A stretch of 64,000 nucleotides of DNA from Actinomycetes bacterium (GTDB taxonomy: Bacteria; Actinomycetota; Actinomycetes; JAHEKZ01). Numbering within the stretch: position 1 is the first letter of the stretch; each line of letters starts with the position of its first letter. Made by a program: the position numbers and the translations under genes. The stretch spans positions 416 to 64,415 of the forward strand of contig JAJAYZ010000091.1 of assembly GCA_027118455.1 (NCBI GenBank), written 5' to 3'. Under the pieces are notes generated by a model. The model was not told where the DNA came from, made no database searches, and saw only the letters and a program-made list of their open reading frames with translations. Positions 47,841 to 56,364 of the stretch are shown here, in pieces.

Positions 47841-49675
47841 CTCCCGCACGCCGGTCTCCAGTTCGACCATCTGGCTCCTACGCGACGGGTTCCGGCATGG
47901 ATTACGCGAACTGGGGCCTCTCCGCACTTCTAGCCTTGTTGGCGTTCGCTTGTGTTCAGTGGGCAGGGGCTGCGCTGGCCGGTGTGGTGACTGGTCGAGG
48001 AGTTCCACGCGGCGGGATGCTGCCCGCGTTGGTGGCGGTCACGGATTTGCAGGATCCCTCGACAGCTTGGCCTGAGCCGGCGCAAGTGCCCGCGTGGATT
48101 CCGTACTGGGGCTGCACCCTGCTGGTGTGGATCGCCGTGGGAGCATTCGTCCTCCTCGGCAAGCACCTGTGGTGCCGCTTTCTGGTTCCGAGTTCGTCCG
48201 CAGTGGACCGCGTTCGGTCACTACCTGGGTTGGCGACACCGAGCGAGGCCGAGACTGCCTCGGGGCGCAAAGCCCTGCAACGTCGCGCAGCTGTCGCACG
48301 ACCGTCGCTGGTCGGGAAAACCGCTCCCACTGACGTCGGCTATCGGCTCGGTCGGGTGCGCGGCAAGGATCTGTGGTGCTCGGTCGAGGACTCGGCGTTG
48401 CTAGTCGGACCACCGCGCATGGGCAAGGGCCTTCACATCGTCATCCCATGGGTGGTCGACGCTCCGGGGTCGGTGGTGGCGACGTCGACGCGACCGGACA
48501 CGCTCGCGGTCGCCTTCCACGCCCGTGCCACACACGGCGAAGTCGCGGTCTTCGACCCACAACGGCTTGCAGGTCTGCCGGGCGGTCTGCGCTGGTCGCC
48601 GGTGCGCGGCTGTGAATCCCCTCAGACCGCTCTCGTCCGGGCGCGAGGACTGGGGTCCGGCGCCGGATTCGGCAAGACGGTGTCGGACTCAGACTTCTGG
48701 GCCGGACAAACCGAGACGGCGTTGCGCTGCCTCCTGCACGCCGCAGCTTTGGACGGTCGGCGAGCGGTCGACTTGTACCGGTGGTCGCTGAACCCCGCAC
48801 TGGCTGAAGACGCGGTCACGATTCTCACTCGTCACGCAGACGCTGCAACCGGCTGGGCGGACGCCCTGGAGGCGGCCGTGCATGCCGATCCGCGGACGCG
48901 CGACAGTGTCTGGCTCGGTGTGCGTCAGTCGCTCGCCGCACTCGCTGACCCCGACGTGCTGGATGCCGTCGATCCTGGCCCGGGTGAAGCCTTCGACCCG
49001 GTGGGCTTCTTGAAGAACTCCGGCACCCTGTTCCTTCTGGCGTCGTCGGTTGCGTCGTCGTCTTGCGCGCCGCTGGTGGCGGCCTTCGTCGAGGACATCA
49101 CCGAGACTGCACGGACCCTGGCCGCCCGCGCCACCGGTGCGCGGCTCGACCCGCCGCTCCTTCTTGCACTGGATGAGATCGCCAACCTGACCCCGCTTCC
49201 GTCCCTTCCGTCGTTGATGGCCGAGGGCGGCGGGTCGGGCATCACCACTCTGGCTGTGTTGCAATCACTCGCCCAGGCACGACACCGGTGGGGCGAGCAC
49301 GCTGCCGACGCGATCTGGGATGCCGCCACAGTCAAGCTCGTCCTCGGCGGACTGGCGAAACTGCGCGACCTCGACGACGTGTCTCGCCTACTGGGCGAGA
49401 TCGACGAACCAACCCAGACCCTCTCTCGCGGTCGAATGGGGGAACGCTCCTCGTCCACGAGCCTGCGCCAGATGCCGGTTATGCCGCCCTCAGTTCTGCG
49501 AACCCTGCCGTTCGGAACCGGTGTGCTGCTCCTGCGACACGCCCGCCCCGTCGTCATCGACCTTCAGGCATGGCCCGACCGACCAGACGCCGACCGACTG
49601 ATCGCGGGACGCACCGCCATCGAGGCCGCAACTGCAGCGAGCCCGCTTCCGAACTCGTTGGCCGAAGTCCAATGA
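47837..49675 (+). CDS. Type IV coupling protein (VirD4/TraD/TraG-like)
   Basis: N-terminal TM helices, P-loop LLVGPPRMGKG and a C-terminal TraM-recognition-like region. Confidence 0.65.
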   Translation: MTPARRSPVRPSGSYATGSGMDYANWGLSALLALLAFACVQWAGAALAGVVTGRGVPRGGMLPALVAVTDLQDPSTAWPEPAQVPAWIPYWGCTLLVWIAVGAFVLLGKHLWCRFLVPSSSAVDRVRSLPGLATPSEAETASGRKALQRRAAVARPSLVGKTAPTDVGYRLGRVRGKDLWCSVEDSALLVGPPRMGKGLHIVIPWVVDAPGSVVATSTRPDTLAVAFHARATHGEVAVFDPQRLAGLPGGLRWSPVRGCESPQTALVRARGLGSGAGFGKTVSDSDFWAGQTETALRCLLHAAALDGRRAVDLYRWSLNPALAEDAVTILTRHADAATGWADALEAAVHADPRTRDSVWLGVRQSLAALADPDVLDAVDPGPGEAFDPVGFLKNSGTLFLLASSVASSSCAPLVAAFVEDITETARTLAARATGARLDPPLLLALDEIANLTPLPSLPSLMAEGGGSGITTLAVLQSLAQARHRWGEHAADAIWDAATVKLVLGGLAKLRDLDDVSRLLGEIDEPTQTLSRGRMGERSSSTSLRQMPVMPPSVLRTLPFGTGVLLLRHARPVVIDLQAWPDRPDADRLIAGRTAIEAATAASPLPNSLAEVQ

Positions 49676-50877
49676 GCAAACTCGTGGGGTTCACTGTTCT
49701 GATCGTCGGCTTGATGGCCGTACCTGCCATCGCACTACTCGCCCTCATCGGACTAACCGCCAACGCGATCGCTTGCACGCAGTTCACGGGCGGGTCGCTG
49801 CGACCTTCAGCGCCAGTACCTGCGCAGGCAAAGTTGTGGATTGCCTTGGCGCAGTCGGCATGTCCGGACCTCCCAGGAGCGTGGATCGCTGCGGTCATGG
49901 CGCAGGAGTCGGGGTTCCGACCGAACGCGTACGCCGACGATGTCAACGGCGGAACGTGGGGGCTGTTGCAAATCAACGAGGGCATTTGGCGCGCCACTTA
50001 CGGAGCTGGTTGGAACGCCGACCGCAACCACAACGGTGTCTGGGATGTGAAAGACCCCGAGATCCACGCTGTCGTCGCCGGAAAGTACCTGTGCGCACGC
50101 CTTGATGGCGTACGTCGCATCCGTACCGAGCATCCCGACTGGGTGTCCACTCAAGACTTGACTGAGCTCGACGCACTCGTGGTCGCGCACAACGCGGGGG
50201 AGTCCCAGCTGGAGACATACCCATCGATCCCCAACGTCACAGCCGACTTCATCCGAACCGTTCGTCATCATGTCGTGGCATGGTCTGGACCGACAGCAAG
50301 TGGGTCAAGCGCCGTCGCTGCCCCTGACCAGCCGACGGTCGATGCTGCCTGCCTTGCGAGCTTGGGCCCGGCAAGCGGGATCGTCGTACCACCCGGCACC
50401 CCGGCTGACGTCGCGACCGCGGTTCGCACGTCGCTCGGCCTTGTCGGGTCTCGCTCCGGCTGGGCGGGGATGTGCGACCGTCTGGCCTGCCGGGCGTACG
50501 GATTCGACAACAGCGGCTACGCATCGGCCTCCGTGCACTGGGCGGCCATGGTTGCGTCCGACCGAGCCCACGTTGATGACCGGTGCCCACCGGTCGGGTC
50601 ATTTGTGTTCTGGTCCACCAGCGGTCCATACGGTCACGTCGCACTTGTCGTTCAATCCGACAGTGGCTGCGATCCCGACCAGATCAAGCTCGTCAGCAAC
50701 GACGTGCTGGACAGCCGCACCGGTTACGACGGCGGTGTGTATCTCGTAACGCTCACGCAGATCGAGTCGGGCTTCATGTCACGCACCGGTTATCTCGGCT
50801 GGTCGGATCCCGTCTGCGCGGGCACCCCGCTGCCATCAGCCGCGTCGAGGGCGCGGCGGGTCGCCAGGGCCGGCTGA
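49672..50877 (+). CDS. Secreted peptidoglycan hydrolase: lytic transglycosylase (SLT) N-domain plus NlpC/P60-CHAP-like C-domain
   Basis: Signal/TM, then the SLT motif AVMAQESGFRPNAYADD...GLLQINE. The C-terminal Cys-His region reads GMCDRLACRAYG...YGHVALVV. Confidence 0.65.
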   Translation: MSKLVGFTVLIVGLMAVPAIALLALIGLTANAIACTQFTGGSLRPSAPVPAQAKLWIALAQSACPDLPGAWIAAVMAQESGFRPNAYADDVNGGTWGLLQINEGIWRATYGAGWNADRNHNGVWDVKDPEIHAVVAGKYLCARLDGVRRIRTEHPDWVSTQDLTELDALVVAHNAGESQLETYPSIPNVTADFIRTVRHHVVAWSGPTASGSSAVAAPDQPTVDAACLASLGPASGIVVPPGTPADVATAVRTSLGLVGSRSGWAGMCDRLACRAYGFDNSGYASASVHWAAMVASDRAHVDDRCPPVGSFVFWSTSGPYGHVALVVQSDSGCDPDQIKLVSNDVLDSRTGYDGGVYLVTLTQIESGFMSRTGYLGWSDPVCAGTPLPSAASRARRVARAG

Positions 50878-50880
50878 TCC

Positions 50881-51861
50881 GTGGTGGGGGCTGCCTCGGT
50901 CGATCGAGTCGATCGACTCACGCAGTTGCATGAGCAACTCACCACTGCTGTGGATGAGCTCGCCAACAGTGACGCCTGGCGCCGCATGCTGGAGGTCGCC
51001 GCGCGGATGCCGACCTACAGCCCGTCTAACGTCTTGCTCATCGCCGTGCAGCGTCCGGAGGCCACGCGAGTTGCCGGGTTCGGTACCTGGAAGTCGCTCG
51101 GGCGCCACGTCTGCAAAGGCGAGAAAGGCATCGCGATTCTGGCGCCGTGCCTATACCGGGGCCGTGACAACGGGGAAGCCGATCGGGCGGTGTCGCGTGA
51201 GGAGCAGGCGAACGCACACGAGGAGGCGAAGCGTGAGCTGCGAGGGTTCCGGGTGGTGCACGTCTTCGATGTGAACCAGACCGAGGGCGATCCGTTGCCT
51301 GACGTTGCACCGGACCTGCTTATCGGAGCAGCCCCGGACAGGTTGTGGGAGCAACTCGTCCGTCTCGTCGAAGCGGATGGCTTCGTGGTGGAGCGCGGTG
51401 CGTGTGTGTGGGCCAACGGGTACACACGCTTCGACGACTGTGTCGTCCGGGTGCGCGACGACGTGGATCTAGCCCAGGCAGTGAAGACACTGGCGCACGA
51501 ACTCGGTCACATCCGAGCCGACCACGGGACACGTTTCGCCGACACGTACCACCGGTCCGTGGACTGCCGTGGTGTGGCCGAGATTGAGGCCGAATCCATC
51601 GCATACCTCGTGACTGCTGCGGCTGGGCTCGACGCGGGTGGTTACTCCGTGCCGTACGTCGCCGGCTGGTCCGGCGGAGATCCGGATCTGCTTCGCGCCA
51701 CCGCGACCAAGGTGCTAGCTACGGCGAGCAAGATTGACGAGGAGCTCGCCAGCACCGCGCGACCTGGGATCCCAGATGGGTCCACTGGTGTCCGCCGGCA
51801 CCCCATCCCGTTCCGTCAAGTTCCTGGGCGGAGCCCTGTGGGCCGGGCCGCCGGAGGCTGA
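50881..51861 (+). CDS. ArdC-like antirestriction protein (ssDNA-binding N-domain plus HExxH metalloprotease C-domain)
   Basis: YSPSNVLLIAVQRPEATRVAGFGTWKSLGRHVCKGEKGIAI matches the ArdC N-domain. The C-terminal motif is LAHELGHI. Confidence 0.65.
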   Translation: MVGAASVDRVDRLTQLHEQLTTAVDELANSDAWRRMLEVAARMPTYSPSNVLLIAVQRPEATRVAGFGTWKSLGRHVCKGEKGIAILAPCLYRGRDNGEADRAVSREEQANAHEEAKRELRGFRVVHVFDVNQTEGDPLPDVAPDLLIGAAPDRLWEQLVRLVEADGFVVERGACVWANGYTRFDDCVVRVRDDVDLAQAVKTLAHELGHIRADHGTRFADTYHRSVDCRGVAEIEAESIAYLVTAAAGLDAGGYSVPYVAGWSGGDPDLLRATATKVLATASKIDEELASTARPGIPDGSTGVRRHPIPFRQVPGRSPVGRAAGG

Positions 51862-52066
51862 GGGCCGTGCTCCCTCGTCTGCAGATGACCGGAATCGGCT
51901 CCGGTCTAGCGAATCAAGGGGACGCCACCTGGCACGGTCCCGTCATTAGTCTTCGACGTGCGTCTATCCGCCCATTAAGACGCACGTGGGCAGCGCTATT
52001 GAGTCGATCGAGGCTTTCAAGACCGTCGTTCAAACCCACGGATGATGCAAGCTCTAGGCTCCGATC

Positions 52067-52915
52067 GTGGCGATCACGAGTAGCGACTTCTTCACGAGCG
52101 GGTCGGGCGGTGACTGGTTGGAGCCTGTCGAGCCGGAGGAGCTCGACCGCGACAGGTTGACGAGGCTCCTCGAAGCAGCAGATCCTGTCGAGCCCGACAT
52201 CGACGTCACACTCGCCTTGATGGATCTCGTCCGAGACGACCTCACAGCCTCGGGAACCGGAGGGGGTGAGTCGCTAAGCGACCAGGACATGCGCCTCGCG
52301 ACACGGGTCCTGAGCTGCGTCGCGGACCGTGCGGGCTACGAATTCAAACTGCCTTTTCGCGATCACACGAGTTGGCGTGCTTGGTGGAACCGGAACGACG
52401 GATACGGCTCGTGGCAGGCGCGTCGCGATTTGCTTGGCGGTCTATTCGACGAGACCTACGCTCGCTTAATCGCAGCGCAAGAGCAAGCGCTTGACGCCAC
52501 GTTGGCCGAGGCGATCTCTCCCCACCGCACTCTCGGTTGGCCCGACGTGGACGCCGAGATAAACGAGCTCCGCCGTCAGTTCAGCAGGGCCACGACGCCT
52601 CAGGACTGCGCAGCCGTCGGCCTCGTCGCGGTTCGTGTGACCGAAGCCTTGAGCCGGAAGGTCTATGTGCACGCGGTCCACGGCGCCCCTGGAGAGGAAG
52701 AGCCGAAAATCTCCGACACTAAGAAGCGGCTCGGCTCATACGTCGTTGCCAAGTTGCCAGGCAAGGGGAACGAAGAGCTGCGACGCCTCGCCAAGACGAC
52801 GATCGAGGCTGCTCAGGCTATGAAGCATCGGGGAACGCCTACTCGAACCGAGGTCGGGGTAGCCGCCGACGCCGTGATTTTGCTCGCGAACATGCTGCGC
52901 CGCCTCGACGAGTAA
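52067..52915 (+). CDS. Hypothetical alpha-helical protein (282 aa), immediately upstream of a TIR-domain gene
   Basis: No recognised domain. Acidic N-terminus. Confidence 0.4.
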   Translation: MAITSSDFFTSGSGGDWLEPVEPEELDRDRLTRLLEAADPVEPDIDVTLALMDLVRDDLTASGTGGGESLSDQDMRLATRVLSCVADRAGYEFKLPFRDHTSWRAWWNRNDGYGSWQARRDLLGGLFDETYARLIAAQEQALDATLAEAISPHRTLGWPDVDAEINELRRQFSRATTPQDCAAVGLVAVRVTEALSRKVYVHAVHGAPGEEEPKISDTKKRLGSYVVAKLPGKGNEELRRLAKTTIEAAQAMKHRGTPTRTEVGVAADAVILLANMLRRLDE

Positions 52916-53007
52916 CGCGAGCTAAGGAGCCCCAGCGTGGGGAATCGGCGACCAACAACAGAGCTCGGTGGCGTCGTAGCGTCAGACGTCTCGTTTATCA
53001 TCGCCAT

Positions 53008-53718
53008 ATGGCGCAATGCACAGCACCGTATAGAGGTCATCGGACCGCGAGTGGGCTGGCAAATTGCCCTGCGTGCGCTGGTAGGCGGTACGGCCGCTCG
53101 TCTTACTCGTCGTACTCGCACAGCGGCGGGTCATCGAACGGCGGCAGGGGTAGATCGAGTTACGGCAGTTCGTCCGGCGGTAGTGGCGGAGGCTCGCGTC
53201 GGACTAGGACCGGCCGGTCGGTGTCGTACACCCCGACCGAATGGCGCACCGTCGAGCCCTTCACGGAGAAGGCCAGTGAGCAGGCTCAGGCGCACCCCGA
53301 ACGTCGCGACCTCTTTTTGTGCCACGCCTGGGACGACCGAGAAGGTAGCGCGAAAGAGTTGCACGGCCACCTAAAGGCGAATGGCGCGTCGGTGTGGTTC
53401 AGCGAAGAAGACCTTCCCCTTGGTTCGCTCATGATCCGCGAGATTGACAAGGGACTACGGAACTCCCGCGTAGGGATAGTGCTTGTCACGCCAGCGCTGC
53501 TCAAGAGCATCGAGGGCGAGGGCGTGGCGGAAAAGGAACTCGCCGTATTGCTCTCGACCCGTCGCGTCATCCCCGTACTGCACGGAGTCAGCTTCGACGA
53601 CCTGAACAACGTCAGCCCCATGCTGGCTTCGCACGCTGGCCTAGACGCGAAGGAGTCGTCGCTCGGCCTGATTGCGGCGAAGGTTGCCGCCGCTGCCGCC
53701 GCGCTCCCCGCCGCCTAG
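53008..53718 (+). CDS. TIR-domain protein with Gly/Ser/Arg-rich low-complexity N-terminus
   Basis: RDLFLCHAWDDREGSAKELHGHLKANGASVWFSEEDL...IVLVTPALLKSIEGEGVAEKELA matches the bacterial TIR fold (FxSHAxxD ... VWxDE ... LLKS..C..E). An alternative in-frame GTG start lies at about 53222. Confidence 0.6.
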   Translation: MAQCTAPYRGHRTASGLANCPACAGRRYGRSSYSSYSHSGGSSNGGRGRSSYGSSSGGSGGGSRRTRTGRSVSYTPTEWRTVEPFTEKASEQAQAHPERRDLFLCHAWDDREGSAKELHGHLKANGASVWFSEEDLPLGSLMIREIDKGLRNSRVGIVLVTPALLKSIEGEGVAEKELAVLLSTRRVIPVLHGVSFDDLNNVSPMLASHAGLDAKESSLGLIAAKVAAAAAALPAA

Positions 53719-53911
53719 GGAAAGACGCAACAGGTCGATTGCGATATGGACCTGCTTAAGGTGCGTCACTTCGCCACTAGCCGACCTGATGCGGAGATGG
53801 CTCCTAGGGTGTGAGGAAGGCCTCCCTGCGGGTGTGTCGCCCGGACTTCTGGCTCGATCCCTGCTGGCTGCTTTGGTCAGGGAGGATCGAGCCCCGCGGA
53901 CAGAGGTGAGA

Positions 53912-54382
53912 TTAGACGGAAGTGAACAGAGTCCGGTATCTCGAATACTCCGGGTCGTGGTCATCTGGGTGGGTGTGGGCAGTCCAACCCAGCGAGTGCC
54001 AGAACGGGTCTGAGGTCGCGTTCAGAGACATCGCAACGACTGGCTGACCGTAGTGCTGAGCGATCAACTCGACTACTCGCATTCCGTATCGTCGTCCGGA
54101 CTTTCGGAGGTCATCGCGAACCTCGATGAGATCGATTTCTGCCACACCAGCGTGGGGGCAAGTCCACGACGTGTACCCGCGGTAATGGCCGGAACGCGGC
54201 AGCACTTTGGCACGCGCCACCTCTTCACCGTCGTCCACGGCGCGGCAATAGGAAACAGGACTCTTTGCGCTGCCGCGGTGCCACCAAGAGAAGTCGAAGC
54301 GGGGGTCTTGACCAAAGTCGGGAGTCACGAGCTCTCGGCGAGCGGACAGACTCTCAGCGACTATCTCAAGTGCAAGCACCAC
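53912..54382 (-). CDS. GNAT-family N-acetyltransferase
   Basis: Motif A-like RKSGRRYGMRVVELIAQHYG in a 156-aa protein. Confidence 0.5.
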   Translation of the reverse strand: MVLALEIVAESLSARRELVTPDFGQDPRFDFSWWHRGSAKSPVSYCRAVDDGEEVARAKVLPRSGHYRGYTSWTCPHAGVAEIDLIEVRDDLRKSGRRYGMRVVELIAQHYGQPVVAMSLNATSDPFWHSLGWTAHTHPDDHDPEYSRYRTLFTSV

Positions 54383-54461
54383 AGGAGAATGGTCCCATGG
54401 AGCGAACGCCTCTTTGCTAGCGCGTCATCCCGCCGCGACTCGGTCAGACACGTGATTTGGG

Positions 54462-55154
54462 TCAGCCCCCGTGAATAGACTCAAAGTGTTGAGCTGTCGA
54501 TGGTTGCCCCCGAAAGCGATCTCTCGCGTCGATTAGATCTGGCAATTCCTGGTTCGCCATCCGGTTCCACTGGTAGAACGACGGGTGTGGAACGTGGAGT
54601 GGGCTGGGCGTCAGATCGGGGATGGCCGCAGCAACCATGAGCTGCGCGAAGGTGCCTGCGGCCACTACTCGGCCGTCGGAACGAGTAGCGACACCCGAGA
54701 GCCAATTGCGGAGCCCGTCAACGAGAACCTCTGAAATCGCCCGTGTCACAGCTCCTCGCATGGACGAAATTGAGCGCGCCCTCGACCGGCGAACCTTTTC
54801 GATCAGAGTCCACTCGTCTTCTCCGAGGTCGGGGGCCTCGACGTCGACGAAGGCGGCTTCCTGCATGGGAACGTTGCTGACGTTCAATATGGCAATACGA
54901 CCGTCCCCAGCAGCGTGACTCTGCTGGACGAAGCGCCCGAGACTCCGGTCCTTTGGTTGAGCTGGCTGTAGGAAACGAAGGGCACTCCTGCCGGCGGTCC
55001 CAACGACGGGCAGTCCCTTCCTCAGTTCGTCGACATGGGGTGACTCGAAGACGAAAAGGAGTTCCACGGCGCGGTTGGGTGGCACGAGGTCGGGGACATG
55101 CCACCGCGCATAGATCCCGCTGCCGTCCTCGCTCAGATAATTGATGGCAGTCAT
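54462..55154 (-). CDS. Uracil-DNA glycosylase-superfamily protein
   Basis: LLFVFESPHVDELRKGLPVVGTAGRSALRFL follows the UDG family-4/5 motif-A pattern (hydrophobic-FVGEAPG..E...G.PFVG.AG..L). Confidence 0.5.
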   Translation of the reverse strand: MTAINYLSEDGSGIYARWHVPDLVPPNRAVELLFVFESPHVDELRKGLPVVGTAGRSALRFLQPAQPKDRSLGRFVQQSHAAGDGRIAILNVSNVPMQEAAFVDVEAPDLGEDEWTLIEKVRRSRARSISSMRGAVTRAISEVLVDGLRNWLSGVATRSDGRVVAAGTFAQLMVAAAIPDLTPSPLHVPHPSFYQWNRMANQELPDLIDARDRFRGQPSTAQHFESIHGG

Positions 55155-55355
55155 GTCAGATCCGTTTGTAGGGGCACGTTGCGGATCCGATTGTTGCGCG
55201 GCGGCCGCTATCGGGCGAGTCGAGCTCTCTGCGTCTTTCCCGCCGCCTGCCGTCGTGGGTTGAGCGTGGGCCTAGCGTCGGTGTGTTGGGGTGCCTCGCT
55301 GTGTGGGTGGCGAGCACGGCGCGGCCTCACAGTAGATCGTCGCGTGAGGTGCTCC

Positions 55356-56263
55356 ATGTCCACCACATCGCGGCTGTTGCCGTTCCAGCCGATGGCGATG
55401 ACTGCTGCGCAGCTCGCGACCTTCTCGTGCCTTGCCCGGTATGCCGGGCACACCCACGAGCTGTACTGCTACCAGCTGCGTCTCTGGTTCCAGTGGTGTG
55501 AAGGCAACGGGCTGGATCCGTTGGTCGGGATCCAACGCGCTCACGTTGAGCTGTACATTCGCGGTCTGGGCGAGGCGGGGCTCATGGCGTCCTCGACCAA
55601 CACGATGATGCACGGAGTCCGCGGGTACTTCCGGTTCGCCCACATCGACGGCCTGATCCCAGCCGACCCCGCCGTCTACGCGCGGCTTTCGCAGGTGCAC
55701 AGCGACGAGTCGTGGACCCATGGCCTAGACCGGTTTGAGCTGATCTGCTTCCTCCAAGTCGCCCAGACCACCACCGTGCACCACGGCGCCCTGGCCTCCC
55801 TGCTGGGAATCAACGCGCTGCGAGCCTCGGAGGCGGTAGCGGTCCGCATCGAGGACTACGCCGAGACCCTGCGCGCGACCGGGTCCTGCACCTGGTGGGC
55901 AAGGGCGACAAACCCGCCTCCATGCCGTTGACCGTCCCCGTCCTGCGCGTCCTAGAGGCCTGCCGCAGTGAGCGGACCACCGGCCCGTTGGTTCGGCGGC
56001 CCAAATCGGGCGCCGATCGACCACCGCGACGCCTATCGGATGGTCACGGGGTCGCGAACGCCGCATGGGTTCCCCGACACATCAGCCCAATAGCTGCCTC
56101 ATCCGGCGATCACCAGCCCACTCGACGTCGGCGTTCCGCTCCGAGACGCCCAGAACCTCGCCCGTCACGCCGACCATGAACCACCGAGCACTACGACCGT
56201 GCCCGCGACAACCTCGACCGCCAGGGAGCCCACTTCCTCACCGCCTACGTCGCCGGGGTCTAA
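55356..56263 (+). pseudogene. XerC/XerD-like tyrosine recombinase, disrupted by at least three frameshifts
   Basis: The core-binding N-domain is intact. The catalytic domain is spread over three frames: LHLVGKGDKPASMP (box I) in a second frame, RHISP... in another, and TTEHYDRARDNLDRQGAHFLTAYVAGV-TAA (catalytic Tyr) in a third. Confidence 0.7.
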
Positions 56264-56364
56264 CCGACTCGGCGGGTACATCAACTTCGCCCAGATTGAT
56301 GTATCAGCAACGTCCTTGGAACGCGCTCCGTCGACCCGACCTTAAGCCGTACGCGCGACGCATC

